This document shows, piece after piece, positions 1 to 7,907 of a stretch of 64,000 nt of DNA. Below the pieces are notes generated by a model, which was not told the DNA's origin, did not search any database, and saw only the letters and a program-made list of their open reading frames with translations. Position 1 is the first letter of the stretch; every line of letters starts with the position of its first letter. Position numbers and translations under genes: made by a program. Origin of the DNA: Streptomonospora litoralis (GTDB lineage: Bacteria; Actinomycetota; Actinomycetes; Streptosporangiales; Streptosporangiaceae); contig NZ_CP036455.1 in the NCBI RefSeq assembly GCF_004323735.1, positions 241,101-305,100 on the forward strand. The letters are read 5' to 3'.

Positions 1-977
1 GCATGCGCAGCTGCTCGGGTGAGAAACGACCCGATTGGCGCGTCCGCAACCACGGTGACAGCACCTCCGGCAAGCACGACATGCTGACCGGCACCCGGAA
101 TTCGGTCAACACCTACTTCGCGCAATTGCAGAAGCGCGTCGGGCTGTGCGACACCGTGCAGACGGCCCGCGCGCTCGGCGTCCACCGCGCCGACGGCGCC
201 CCGCTGGGCGAGTGGAACTCGTTCACGCTCGGCGACCAGGAGGTGGCCCCGCTGACGATGGCCTCCGCCTACGCGGTCTTCGCCAACCGCGGCGTGCGCT
301 GCGAACCTCGCCCGGTGACCGCAGTCTCCGACGGAGCGGGCACCGACCGCCTGGCGCCGTCGTGCTCCCGCGTCCTGCCGCGCGGCGTGGCTGACGCGAC
401 GAGCCGGGTGCTGAGCCAGCCGTTCAAGCCCGGCGGCACGGCCGCGGCCCTGGGGATCGGCCGCCCGGCCGCGGGGAAGACCGGCACCACCGACAACGCG
501 GCGGCCGCCTGGTTCGCCGGCTTCACACCGGGACTCGCCGGCGCGGTCGCGCTGGGCGATCCCCGCGGCGCCGCACAGCACCCGCTGCGCGACGTCACCA
601 TCGGCGGCACGTTCTATCCGACCGTCTACGGCGGCACGCTGCCCGGCCCCATCTGGCAGCAGACGATGCGGGAGGCCACCGAGGGCACGCGCGAAGAGCC
701 CTTCCCGCGCCCGCCCGGGCGGTTCACGGGGGGCGGCAGCGGCGCCGACCGCCCCCAAGGCGGCGACGACTCCACGCGCCGCGTCCCCGACGTCGTCGGC
801 CGCGCGCGCGAGGACGCGGTGCGCGCGCTCGAAGCGGCGGGCTACGCGCCCAGCGTCGGCGAGGTGACCGTGCCCTCCGACGAGCCCGAGGGGCGGGTGG
901 CGGCCACCAACCCGCGGCCCGGCGCCGACCTGCCCGAAGGGGCGGTGGTCAACGTGTTCGTCAGCCGCGGCGGGTGA
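1..977 (+). CDS. Penicillin-binding protein, C-terminal part (transpeptidase domain with KTGTT motif, then a PASTA-like domain). The 5' end is cut by the window edge
   Basis: ORF 3..977 translation contains AAGKTGTTDNAAAAWFAGFTP (the KTG(T) PBP motif) and a C-terminal segment VPDVVGRAREDAVRALEAAGYAPSVGEVTVPSDEPEGRVAATNPRPGADLPEGAVVNVFVS typical of PASTA. There is no start codon at the window edge. Confidence 0.8.
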   Translation, partial: MRSCSGEKRPDWRVRNHGDSTSGKHDMLTGTRNSVNTYFAQLQKRVGLCDTVQTARALGVHRADGAPLGEWNSFTLGDQEVAPLTMASAYAVFANRGVRCEPRPVTAVSDGAGTDRLAPSCSRVLPRGVADATSRVLSQPFKPGGTAAALGIGRPAAGKTGTTDNAAAAWFAGFTPGLAGAVALGDPRGAAQHPLRDVTIGGTFYPTVYGGTLPGPIWQQTMREATEGTREEPFPRPPGRFTGGGSGADRPQGGDDSTRRVPDVVGRAREDAVRALEAAGYAPSVGEVTVPSDEPEGRVAATNPRPGADLPEGAVVNVFVSRGG

Positions 978-1106
978 GCCGCGCCGCGGGGGCCGCGCGG
1001 GGGCCGGTGCGGTCCCGCCCCGCGAATCAACCCGGATGATCAAGAAACCTTCGGCGGAACGCGCGCGCCCGCTACGCTGGCCACCTGGAGTACCAGGAGG
1101 TCGCGC

Positions 1107-1874
1107 ATGGCCGTCGTTCCCCTCCACTACCGCTTTGACGGGCCCCGGCACGCCCCTGTGGTGCTGCTGCTGGCTCCTCCGGGCGCGAAGTGGACCGTGT
1201 GGGAGCCGCAGATGCCCGAGTTGACCCGGGAACTGCGCGTGCTGCGCGTCAACCATCGCGGGCACGGCTCCTCGCCCGCGCCGGGCGGCGGCTACTCCAT
1301 GGACGAACTCGGTGCCGACCTGCTCGCCCTCGTCGACGAGTTCGCCCTGGAGCGCGTTTCCGTCGTCGGGGCGGGCCTCGGCGGCATGCTGGCGACCTGG
1401 CTCGCGGCCACCCGGCCGGGCCGTGTGCGGCGGCTGGCCTACGTGGCGAGCACTGCCCGGGTGCCGCGCGCCTCGCCGTGGCCGCAGCTGGCCGCCCGTG
1501 CGCGCCGCGAAGGAATGGCCGCCGTCGTGGACGAGGCCACCCGCTGCTGGTTCACCCCCGGCTTCGGCGACTACCGGCCCGACGTGGTCAAACGCCTCGC
1601 GGAGGAGTTCGCCGGGGTCGCCGCCGCGGGGTTCGCCGGATGGTGCACCGCGATCGCGGGCCTCGACCAGCGCCTCCTGCTCTCACGGGTGCGCGCGCCC
1701 GCGCTCGTCGTCGCCGCGGCGCACGACCCGCTGCTGCCGCCCGGCCACGGCCGCCGCCTGGCCCGCGGCATCCCTGGAGCCCGCCTGGAGACGGTCCCGG
1801 CAGCCGCCCACCTCGCCGGCATCGAGCGCGCCGACCGGGTCAACGAACTACTCACCGAGCACCTCGTGCGCTGA
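1107..1874 (+). CDS. alpha/beta-fold hydrolase (3-oxoadipate enol-lactonase-like)
   Basis: 255 aa. HRGHGSSP...GAGLGGM nucleophile-elbow region, ...AAAHDPLLPP..., and CAGGAGG RBS immediately before the ATG at 1107. Confidence 0.75.
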   Translation: MAVVPLHYRFDGPRHAPVVLLLAPPGAKWTVWEPQMPELTRELRVLRVNHRGHGSSPAPGGGYSMDELGADLLALVDEFALERVSVVGAGLGGMLATWLAATRPGRVRRLAYVASTARVPRASPWPQLAARARREGMAAVVDEATRCWFTPGFGDYRPDVVKRLAEEFAGVAAAGFAGWCTAIAGLDQRLLLSRVRAPALVVAAAHDPLLPPGHGRRLARGIPGARLETVPAAAHLAGIERADRVNELLTEHLVR

Positions 1875-2117
1875 TCCGCCTCACCGGGGTCGGCACCCAC
1901 CCGCCCCCTCCGGTCGTGTGCTCGTGGCCAGGTCCGGATCGGATACTGGCCGCAAGAGCAAGGCCGACGGCAGTCGGCGTAGAATCGCAGGGCAGCACCC
2001 GACGACAGTGGCGGTGGGGCCCGCCACGACCTCCCGGCGAATGAAGGGCGCAGGGCAACCGCGGCACCCGCCGCCGACGGTCCCTATCAGGCACCCGCGC
2101 GCTGATAGGAACGACCC

Positions 2118-2720
2118 GTGCCCGAATCGCCCGAATGTTCCGAAGTTCCCGGCCCCGGCGAAACCGGCGCCGGGAGCGCGGCGCCCGCCGGCGCCCCCGA
2201 TCTCGTCGATCCCGATGACGATCTGCACGTTGCCCGCCGACGGCGCGGGCTGCGCGGCGTGCCGTGGGCCGTTCTCGCGGCGGTCTCGGCGGGCGGGGCG
2301 GTCGGGGGAGCCGCCCGCCGCACGGTCGAACTGCTGCTTCCCCACGAGCCGAGCGGGTTCCCCTGGTCGACGGCGGTGGCCAACGTCTCCGGTTGCCTGT
2401 TCACCGGTGTGCTGATGACGGTGCTCGTCCGCGCCCGCCCCGACTCGCGGCTCCTGCGGCCCTTCGTCGGAGTCGGCATCCTGGGCGGATACACCACGTT
2501 CTCGGCCTACGCGGGCGACGTGCAGGCGCGGCTGGCAGGAGGCGAGCCCGCCGCGTCGCTGGGCTATGCGGGCGCGACCCTGCTGTGCGGCCTCGCCGCG
2601 GTGTGGGCCGGCGTCGCGCTCACCGAGCCGCTGGTGAAACCGGGCGCGAGCGCCGAGGGGCCGCGAGATCGCGGCTTGGGCGGAACGGACGGCGGCGGCA
2701 GCGAGCAGGTGCGGCCGTGA
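2118..2720 (+). CDS. crcB: Fluoride ion channel CrcB/FluC homologue 1. It has an N-terminal extension, so the true start may be the internal GTG at about 2259
   Basis: Translation shows the CrcB signature (FPWSTAVANVSGCLFTGVLM ... GILGGYTTFSAYAGDV). The stop TGA at 2718-2720 overlaps the GTG of the next gene. Confidence 0.8.
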   Translation: MPESPECSEVPGPGETGAGSAAPAGAPDLVDPDDDLHVARRRRGLRGVPWAVLAAVSAGGAVGGAARRTVELLLPHEPSGFPWSTAVANVSGCLFTGVLMTVLVRARPDSRLLRPFVGVGILGGYTTFSAYAGDVQARLAGGEPAASLGYAGATLLCGLAAVWAGVALTEPLVKPGASAEGPRDRGLGGTDGGGSEQVRP

Positions 2721-3085
2721 CCGTGCTGCTGGCCGCGCTGGGCGCTGCGATCGGCGCCCCGCTGCGCTACCTCGCCGACCGGTTCGTGCAGCAGCGCCAC
2801 GACTCCAAGTTCCCGTGGGGGACGTTCGCCGTCAATGTCGCGGCCTGCCTGCTGCTCGGCCTGCTCAGCGGGTTCGCGCTGCCGGGATGGGCGCGGGCGC
2901 TGGCCGCGACGGGTGTACTGGGGGCGCTCTCGACGTACTCGACGTTCGGCTACGAGACGTTCGTCCTGCTGCGGGAACGCGAGCGGTTGCTCGCCTTCGC
3001 CAACATGGCCGCCTCGCTGGCGGCCGGGCTCGGAGCGCTCCTCGCCGGCCTGCTCGCCGCAGCGCTCCTCACCGGCGCCGCCTGA
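2717..3085 (+). CDS. crcB: Fluoride ion channel CrcB/FluC homologue 2. The two together would form the heterodimeric tandem pair typical of actinobacteria
   Basis: In-frame segment VTVLLAALGAAIGAPLRYLADRF...FPWGTFAVNVAACLLLGLLSG...GALSTYSTFGYET. GTGA start/stop overlap with the upstream crcB. Confidence 0.8.
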   Translation: MTVLLAALGAAIGAPLRYLADRFVQQRHDSKFPWGTFAVNVAACLLLGLLSGFALPGWARALAATGVLGALSTYSTFGYETFVLLRERERLLAFANMAASLAAGLGALLAGLLAAALLTGAA

Positions 3086-3244
3086 GCTCGTCGATGGGAG
3101 TTCGTCGGAGCACCTGCGGATACGACGAAGGCGTCCGGCTTCGCCTGAGGCGCCGCCGCCGAACCATGTGCGAGGCCGCCGCCACAGCAGGTTGCGGAAA
3201 CGGGGCTTGAGCCGTGAAGCGGCCTTCGTTCCCACGGCGGGTCT

Positions 3245-3889
3245 TCACAGGATGTCGGGGCCGGCCCAGGCGTAGGTGTCGCGGTCCCGGACGGCGGCCA
3301 GCTCGTCCTCGGAGAGCACGCGGGGCTCGCCCAGGCTGCGGGCGCGGATGTAGACCCCGCACAGCCACTCCAGCAGCCGCGCGTGCTCAAGCGCCTCCTC
3401 CAACCCTGCGCCGACGGCGAGGCCGCCGTGGTTGGCCAGCAGCGCGGCACGCTTGCCCTTGAGCGCTTTGACCAGGTGGTCGGAGAGTCGCCCGGTGCCG
3501 TAGGTGGCGTAGTCGGTGACGGGGATGGCGCCGCCCAGGCGGGCGGCGCTGTGGTGGATCGGAGGCAGTTCGGCCAGGGCCGCGGAGACGACGGCGGCGT
3601 GCTCGCCGTGGGCCTGCACGACGGCTCCCGCATCGCTCGTGCGGTAGGCGGCCGTGTGCAGCGTGGTCTCGGCGGCGGGCTCGCGCCGGCCCTCCAGCAC
3701 TCCGGCCTCGACCGACAGCACCGGGCAGTCGGCCGGCTCGATCTTCTCCAGCGGCACGCCTGCCGGAGTGACCGCGATCCAGGACCCGCTGCGGACACTG
3801 ACACTCCCGCCCTCGCACCGGGCCAACCCGCACTCGGCGAGCCGGCGGGCGGTCAGACACACGTCTCGGCGTTCTTGCTCCAGCAGCAT
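3245..3889 (-). CDS. Class II aldolase/adducin-family protein (fuculose-phosphate-aldolase-like)
   Basis: 214 aa. ...TPAGVPLEKIEPADCPVLSVEAG...HTAAYR...AVVQAHGEHAAVVSAA...ANHGGLAVGAGLEEALE resembles class II aldolase metal-binding His motifs. ATG at 3889. Confidence 0.7.
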   Translation of the reverse strand: MLLEQERRDVCLTARRLAECGLARCEGGSVSVRSGSWIAVTPAGVPLEKIEPADCPVLSVEAGVLEGRREPAAETTLHTAAYRTSDAGAVVQAHGEHAAVVSAALAELPPIHHSAARLGGAIPVTDYATYGTGRLSDHLVKALKGKRAALLANHGGLAVGAGLEEALEHARLLEWLCGVYIRARSLGEPRVLSEDELAAVRDRDTYAWAGPDIL

Positions 3890-4212
3890 GGGCCCTCAAC
3901 AGCCTCCCGGCACAGGCGGTCCGGGGTCCGGACGACGATGACCGCGGCATCACGGTTAGGTATGCCTAAACTACGTTAACCCGACGTGGGGCGGTCTTGT
4001 CCAGTGTGCGGCCGCAACGGGCGGGGCGGGGCGAGACGCCGACCGCCGTGGCGGACGATCGCGTCCAGTGGCGGAGTGTGCGGCCGATCACGTGCGGCCG
4101 GCGCTGATTTCTCATATTTTTCCAGCTCAGATATGGTCGAACGCTTGTTGTCAGATGAGCGAGAAACCCGCAACGGCCGTTTGCGGCCCGACGACCTGGG
4201 GAGGAGGGTCCC

Positions 4213-5739
4213 GTGACTGGACCTGACCTGCGACTCCCGGCCAAGCCCTACCTGTCCGACCCCGGTTCACCAAGCGCCGCAAGCAACCGCATCTCCGGCG
4301 CCTGGTGCGCCGCCGCCGGCGGCGGCGTCCGCGAGGTGATCGACCCCTGCGACTCCTCCGTGCTCGCCGTCGTCAGCGAAAGCGGCGCCGGCGACGCCGA
4401 GGCCGCCGTGGCCGCCGCCCGCGCCGCCTTCGACCGAAGCGACTGGACCCGCCGCCCCGCCGTCGAGCGCGGCCTGATCGTGGGCCGCATCGCCGACCTG
4501 CTGCAGCGCGACCGCGAGGAGATCGCGCTGATGGAGTCCTTCGACACCGGCAAGACCGTCGAAGAGGGGCGCATCGACGTCGACGACGTCACCGCCGTCT
4601 TCCGCTATTACGGCGGCCTCGCCGACAAGGACGCCGGCCGGGTGGTCTCGGCCCCCGAAGGCGTCTCCAGCCGGGTCGTCTACGAACCGGTCGGCGTCTG
4701 CGCGATGATCATCCCCTGGAACTACCCGCTGCTGCAGCTCTCCTGGAAGATGGCCCCGGCCATCGCCGCCGGCAACACCATGGTGGTCAAGCCCAGTGAG
4801 ACCACCCCGGTCACCACCTGCAAGCTCGTCGAGCTGTGCGCCGAGGCCGGTGTGCCCGCCGGTGTGGTCAACCTGGTGCTGGGCACCGGAGCCGAAGTGG
4901 GCGCCGCGCTGGTCGAGCACCGCGACGTCGACCTGGTCTCCTTCACCGGCGGCCTGGCTACCGGCAGGCGCATCATGGCCTCCGCCGCCGACACCGTGAA
5001 GAAGGTCGCTCTGGAGTTGGGCGGCAAGAACCCCAACATCGTCTTCCCCGACGTCGACCTGGACACCGCCGTCGACTACGCGATGATCGCCGCGTTCTTC
5101 CACTCCGGCCAGGTCTGCTCGGCCGGCGCCCGCCTCATCGTGCACGAGGACGTCCACGACGCGTTCGTGGCCGAGCTGTGCCGCCGCGCCGAGCGGGTGC
5201 GGTTGGGTTGCGGCCGCGACGAGGGCGTGCAGTGCGGCCCGCTCGTCTCGGCCGAGCACCGCGCCAAGGTGGAGGCCGCCGTCGCCCGCGGGGTCGAGGA
5301 GGGCGCGACGCTCGCCGCCGGCGGCCGCCGCCCCGAGGAGCCCGGACTCGCCGACGGCTTCTTCTACCGCCCTACCGTCTTCACCGGCTGCCGCGGTGAC
5401 ATGGACATCGTGCAGACCGAGGTCTTCGGTCCCGTCGTCACCGTCGAGACCTTCCGCACCGAAGACGAGGCGATCGCCATCGGCAACGACACCGACTACG
5501 GCCTCTCCGGCGCCGTGTGGACGGACGACCCCGGCCGCGGCGACCGCGTCGCCGCCGGGCTGCGCCACGGCACCGTGTGGATCAACGACTTCGGCCCCTA
5601 CTTCCCGGGCGCCGAGTGGGGCGGGTTCAAGCGCTCCGGAGTGGGCCGCGAACTCGGCCACGCGGGTCTGGACGAGTACCGCGAGGCCAAGCACATCTAC
5701 CGCAACCTGGCGCCCGAGCCGCAGCGCTGGTTCGACTGA
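4213..5739 (+). CDS. NAD(P)-dependent aldehyde dehydrogenase (betaine/aminobutyraldehyde-dehydrogenase-like)
   Basis: 508 aa. Has ...FDTGKT..., VELGGKNPNIVF, FFHSGQVCSAGARLIV (catalytic Cys), and EVFGPVV. GTG start preceded by GGAGGAGGG. Confidence 0.85.
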   Translation: MTGPDLRLPAKPYLSDPGSPSAASNRISGAWCAAAGGGVREVIDPCDSSVLAVVSESGAGDAEAAVAAARAAFDRSDWTRRPAVERGLIVGRIADLLQRDREEIALMESFDTGKTVEEGRIDVDDVTAVFRYYGGLADKDAGRVVSAPEGVSSRVVYEPVGVCAMIIPWNYPLLQLSWKMAPAIAAGNTMVVKPSETTPVTTCKLVELCAEAGVPAGVVNLVLGTGAEVGAALVEHRDVDLVSFTGGLATGRRIMASAADTVKKVALELGGKNPNIVFPDVDLDTAVDYAMIAAFFHSGQVCSAGARLIVHEDVHDAFVAELCRRAERVRLGCGRDEGVQCGPLVSAEHRAKVEAAVARGVEEGATLAAGGRRPEEPGLADGFFYRPTVFTGCRGDMDIVQTEVFGPVVTVETFRTEDEAIAIGNDTDYGLSGAVWTDDPGRGDRVAAGLRHGTVWINDFGPYFPGAEWGGFKRSGVGRELGHAGLDEYREAKHIYRNLAPEPQRWFD

Positions 5740-5766
5740 GCCGCGGGCGCACACCGCGCCGAGGCT

Positions 5767-5812
5767 GCGCCCCCGCGCCCCCGCGCCCCCGCGCGGACGG
5801 GCGGGGGCGTGC
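5767..5812. terminator. GC hairpin with a 3x CGCCCCCG tandem octamer between convergent genes (candidate bidirectional terminator)
   Basis: gcgcccccgcgcccccgcgcccccgcgcggacgggcgggggcgtgcgc. The CGCCCCCGC / GCGGGGGCG stem lies between the aldehyde dehydrogenase stop (5739) and the minus-strand gene ending at 5838. Confidence 0.4.
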
Positions 5813-5837
5813 GCCGCGGCGCACACTCCCGCCCGTC

Positions 5838-6113
5838 TCAGCGCTCGTAGCGGCGGCGCCGGCTGATCCAGAAGATGTTCAAGCCGACGGCCAGCACGCC
5901 CGCCACCAGGACGATGGTCAGCGGCGCGGAGCGCAGCACCACGACCGCCAGCACCGCACCCGTGATCAGGACGACCAGGCCGAAGACCGCCAGCACCAGC
6001 CGGAACAGCAGCGGGCTGGCCGGGCGGTCGTGGCTGCCCATCGGCCCCTTCAGCCGTCCCCGGCGTCCCATGCGGTGCTCTTCCTTCCCGGCGCCCGTCG
6101 CGAACGCGCTCAT
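5838..6113 (-). CDS. Small membrane protein with two predicted TM helices. The start is uncertain (6113 or 6071)
   Basis: ...SPLLFRLVLAVFGLVVLITGAVLAVVVLRSAPLTIVLVAGVLAVGLNIFWISRRRRYER. It is a hydrophobic hairpin with a basic tail. Confidence 0.45.
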   Translation of the reverse strand: MSAFATGAGKEEHRMGRRGRLKGPMGSHDRPASPLLFRLVLAVFGLVVLITGAVLAVVVLRSAPLTIVLVAGVLAVGLNIFWISRRRRYER

Positions 6114-6159
6114 CGTAGCCGGGCGCCGGGCGCGAGCGGCGCGCGGCCGCCCGAGGGCC

Positions 6160-7263
6160 TCACACCGTGGTGAACCGCAGGAACGCGCCGACTCCCTCGC
6201 GGGCGTCCGCCGCACTCGGCAACCGGGTGAACGTCGCGCTGGTGGCCTGCGCGGCCCGCAGGAGCAGCGAACTCGCCGGCGCCTCGAAGGCCTCCGCCGG
6301 TTCGGTCAGCCGGGCGCGGTCGTCGGAGACCTCCAGCGGGTCCGACGACGAGGCCCACAGGCTGGGCTCGTTGCCGCGGTCGCCGTCCATGAGCAGGCGC
6401 CGTACGCGGCCCGAACGCAGCGCCTCGCACGTTTCACCGAGACCTTGCACGGCCCGCCCCGGCCGGCCGAGGTCCTGGGTGAACTGCTCCATCAGCCCCG
6501 ACCGCAGTACCACGGCGTTTCGGTGCAGCCCCTCCTCCACGGCCTTGCGCAGCTCCGCGATCGCGTCCGTGCCGCCCCGGCTGCCGCCGGAGATCTCGAC
6601 GAGCATCTCCAGCGTGCGGTGGTCGAGGTGCTCGCGGAGCTTGCCGAGGGCGCGTTCGTCGCCGCCCACGAAGACCGCCGCGGCCCCCACGGCCTTGACG
6701 GCCTCCTCGACGTCGTGGGCGACTTCGGCGGCGTTGGCGAACCACACCTCCTCGGTGTGGCGCTGGTGGTGCTTCTGCCGCCAGCCGCCGGTGGGCACCT
6801 TGTTTATGTGCAGGTTCGCCCCGCTGGTGTGCCGCTCCTCCGACAGGTCGCCGTAGGCGGGGTAGGCGTAGACGTCGGCGCCTTCGCGGTCGATCGCCAC
6901 CACCACGTAGGGCAGTCCGTCGTCGAGGTCGCCGACCAGTTCCACGGGATCGGGCACCGGCAGCAGCGCGGCGCGGTTCTGCGACGGCGTCTGCGAAAGC
7001 GTATACGCCGCGATCAGCTCGCCGTCCGCGGCGAACAGCGCCTCCCCCTGAGGGCCCGGTATCCCGTTCATGCCGCCGGCGGCCGAATCGAGCGCCTTGA
7101 GCGTGGCCTCGTCGGCCCCGGACTCCGACAGTTCCTCACGCAGCTCCCGCCAGCGCAGCGAGATCCGGTGCGCTGCGTCCTCGGTGGAGCGGGTGGTGTC
7201 CAGGTAGACCGATGCGACCGGGCCGGTCGCACGGTACAGCGGTTGCAGAAATCGCAGATCCAT
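6160..7263 (-). CDS. Bacterial eRF1-like / Vms1-Ankzf1-family protein (Rv2629-like, baeRF-type)
   Basis: The internal start MDLRFLQPLYRATGPVASVYLDTTRS... is taken as the start (ATG at 7263). Length about 367 aa. The architecture resembles actinobacterial release-factor-like proteins. The assignment is from memory of the family and is not computed. Confidence 0.55.
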   Translation of the reverse strand: MDLRFLQPLYRATGPVASVYLDTTRSTEDAAHRISLRWRELREELSESGADEATLKALDSAAGGMNGIPGPQGEALFAADGELIAAYTLSQTPSQNRAALLPVPDPVELVGDLDDGLPYVVVAIDREGADVYAYPAYGDLSEERHTSGANLHINKVPTGGWRQKHHQRHTEEVWFANAAEVAHDVEEAVKAVGAAAVFVGGDERALGKLREHLDHRTLEMLVEISGGSRGGTDAIAELRKAVEEGLHRNAVVLRSGLMEQFTQDLGRPGRAVQGLGETCEALRSGRVRRLLMDGDRGNEPSLWASSSDPLEVSDDRARLTEPAEAFEAPASSLLLRAAQATSATFTRLPSAADAREGVGAFLRFTTV

Positions 7264-7549
7264 GACGGCTGGGCCGCGGCTGCGACGGCCCGTCCTCACC
7301 TCCCGACGCTGCTGTGCGGTCGGCGCTATGGGCAACGCGGGCGCCTCCGACGCTGTGCCGAGTGCGTCCTGGAGTCGCCACTGCCCGCCCCGGCCCGGCG
7401 CATGCGGGGCGCGGACGCCCCTTTACCCCGGCGGGAGGGGCGGCGGGGCAGGTCAGCGCCCCACCGCTGTTTGCCCCGGCCCGGCGGCGGGTAGGCGCGC
7501 AGCCTGCAGGCAATGACGACTGCGCCGACTACCGGCTTGGAGGGGCGCG

Positions 7550-7756
7550 ATGGAACAGAGCGATAAGCACGGCCCGAAGCTCGACGACGAGATCGAGAAA
7601 GAGATCCAGGGCATGCTGAAGGGCGACAAGCCCACCCGGGCCGAGGAGGAGCACGAGACGGAGCCGACCGTCACCGACGAAGGCGAAGCGGCCAACGACC
7701 CCGCTGCCATCGACTCGGATGCGGAACTGCCGGAGGACGAGCACCGCGGTCGGTAG
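7550..7756 (+). CDS. Small highly acidic protein (68 aa)
   Basis: MEQSDKHGPKLDDEIEKEIQGMLKGDKPTRAEEEHETEPTVTDEGEAANDPAAIDSDAELPEDEHRGR. GGAGGGG RBS 6 nt upstream of the ATG. Confidence 0.5.
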   Translation: MEQSDKHGPKLDDEIEKEIQGMLKGDKPTRAEEEHETEPTVTDEGEAANDPAAIDSDAELPEDEHRGR

Positions 7757-7907
7757 CCGCCCCGACGGCCGGGGGCGGAAGCGCCCGCCCCCGGCCACTC
7801 GTGTGTCGGGCCCTGCCGGCGCCGCCGCCTACGCTTTCCGCCTGAACCCGGCCACAGCATGGCCCGGCGCCGCAGTCCATTGATCTAGCCGCCGTGCCTA
7901 CTCGGCC

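Noticed and set aside
1875-2117. Fluoride (crcB-motif) riboswitch upstream of the tandem crcB genes
   Set aside because: There is only a loose resemblance (GGCGAAUGAAGGGCGC…CAACCGCGG…CUGAUAGG) and no convincing pseudoknot. It is left as a low-interest finding to be tested with Rfam RF01734 and is not annotated.
3966-4244. Small ORFs in the aldolase/aldehyde-dehydrogenase divergent region (3966..4244, 3976..4173, 3986..4216)
   Set aside because: They overlap one another in an intergenic promoter region containing an AT-rich stretch (about 4096-4160). None has an RBS or coding-like composition.
5767-5793. CGCCCCCG x3 tandem repeat considered as a CRISPR or microsatellite
   Set aside because: Only three 8-nt units with no spacers. 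It is part of a GC hairpin, so it was called a terminator-like structure instead.
4267-5826. Long antisense ORF (519 aa) opposite the aldehyde dehydrogenase, and similar long opposite-strand ORFs (5875..7494, 7944..10379, 16233..17699, 41478..44171, 46493..49108, 49165..51471)
   Set aside because: These are typical high-GC frame artefacts. The translations are low-complexity (Gly/Ala/Arg/Pro-rich) and the opposite strand encodes well-recognised conserved proteins.
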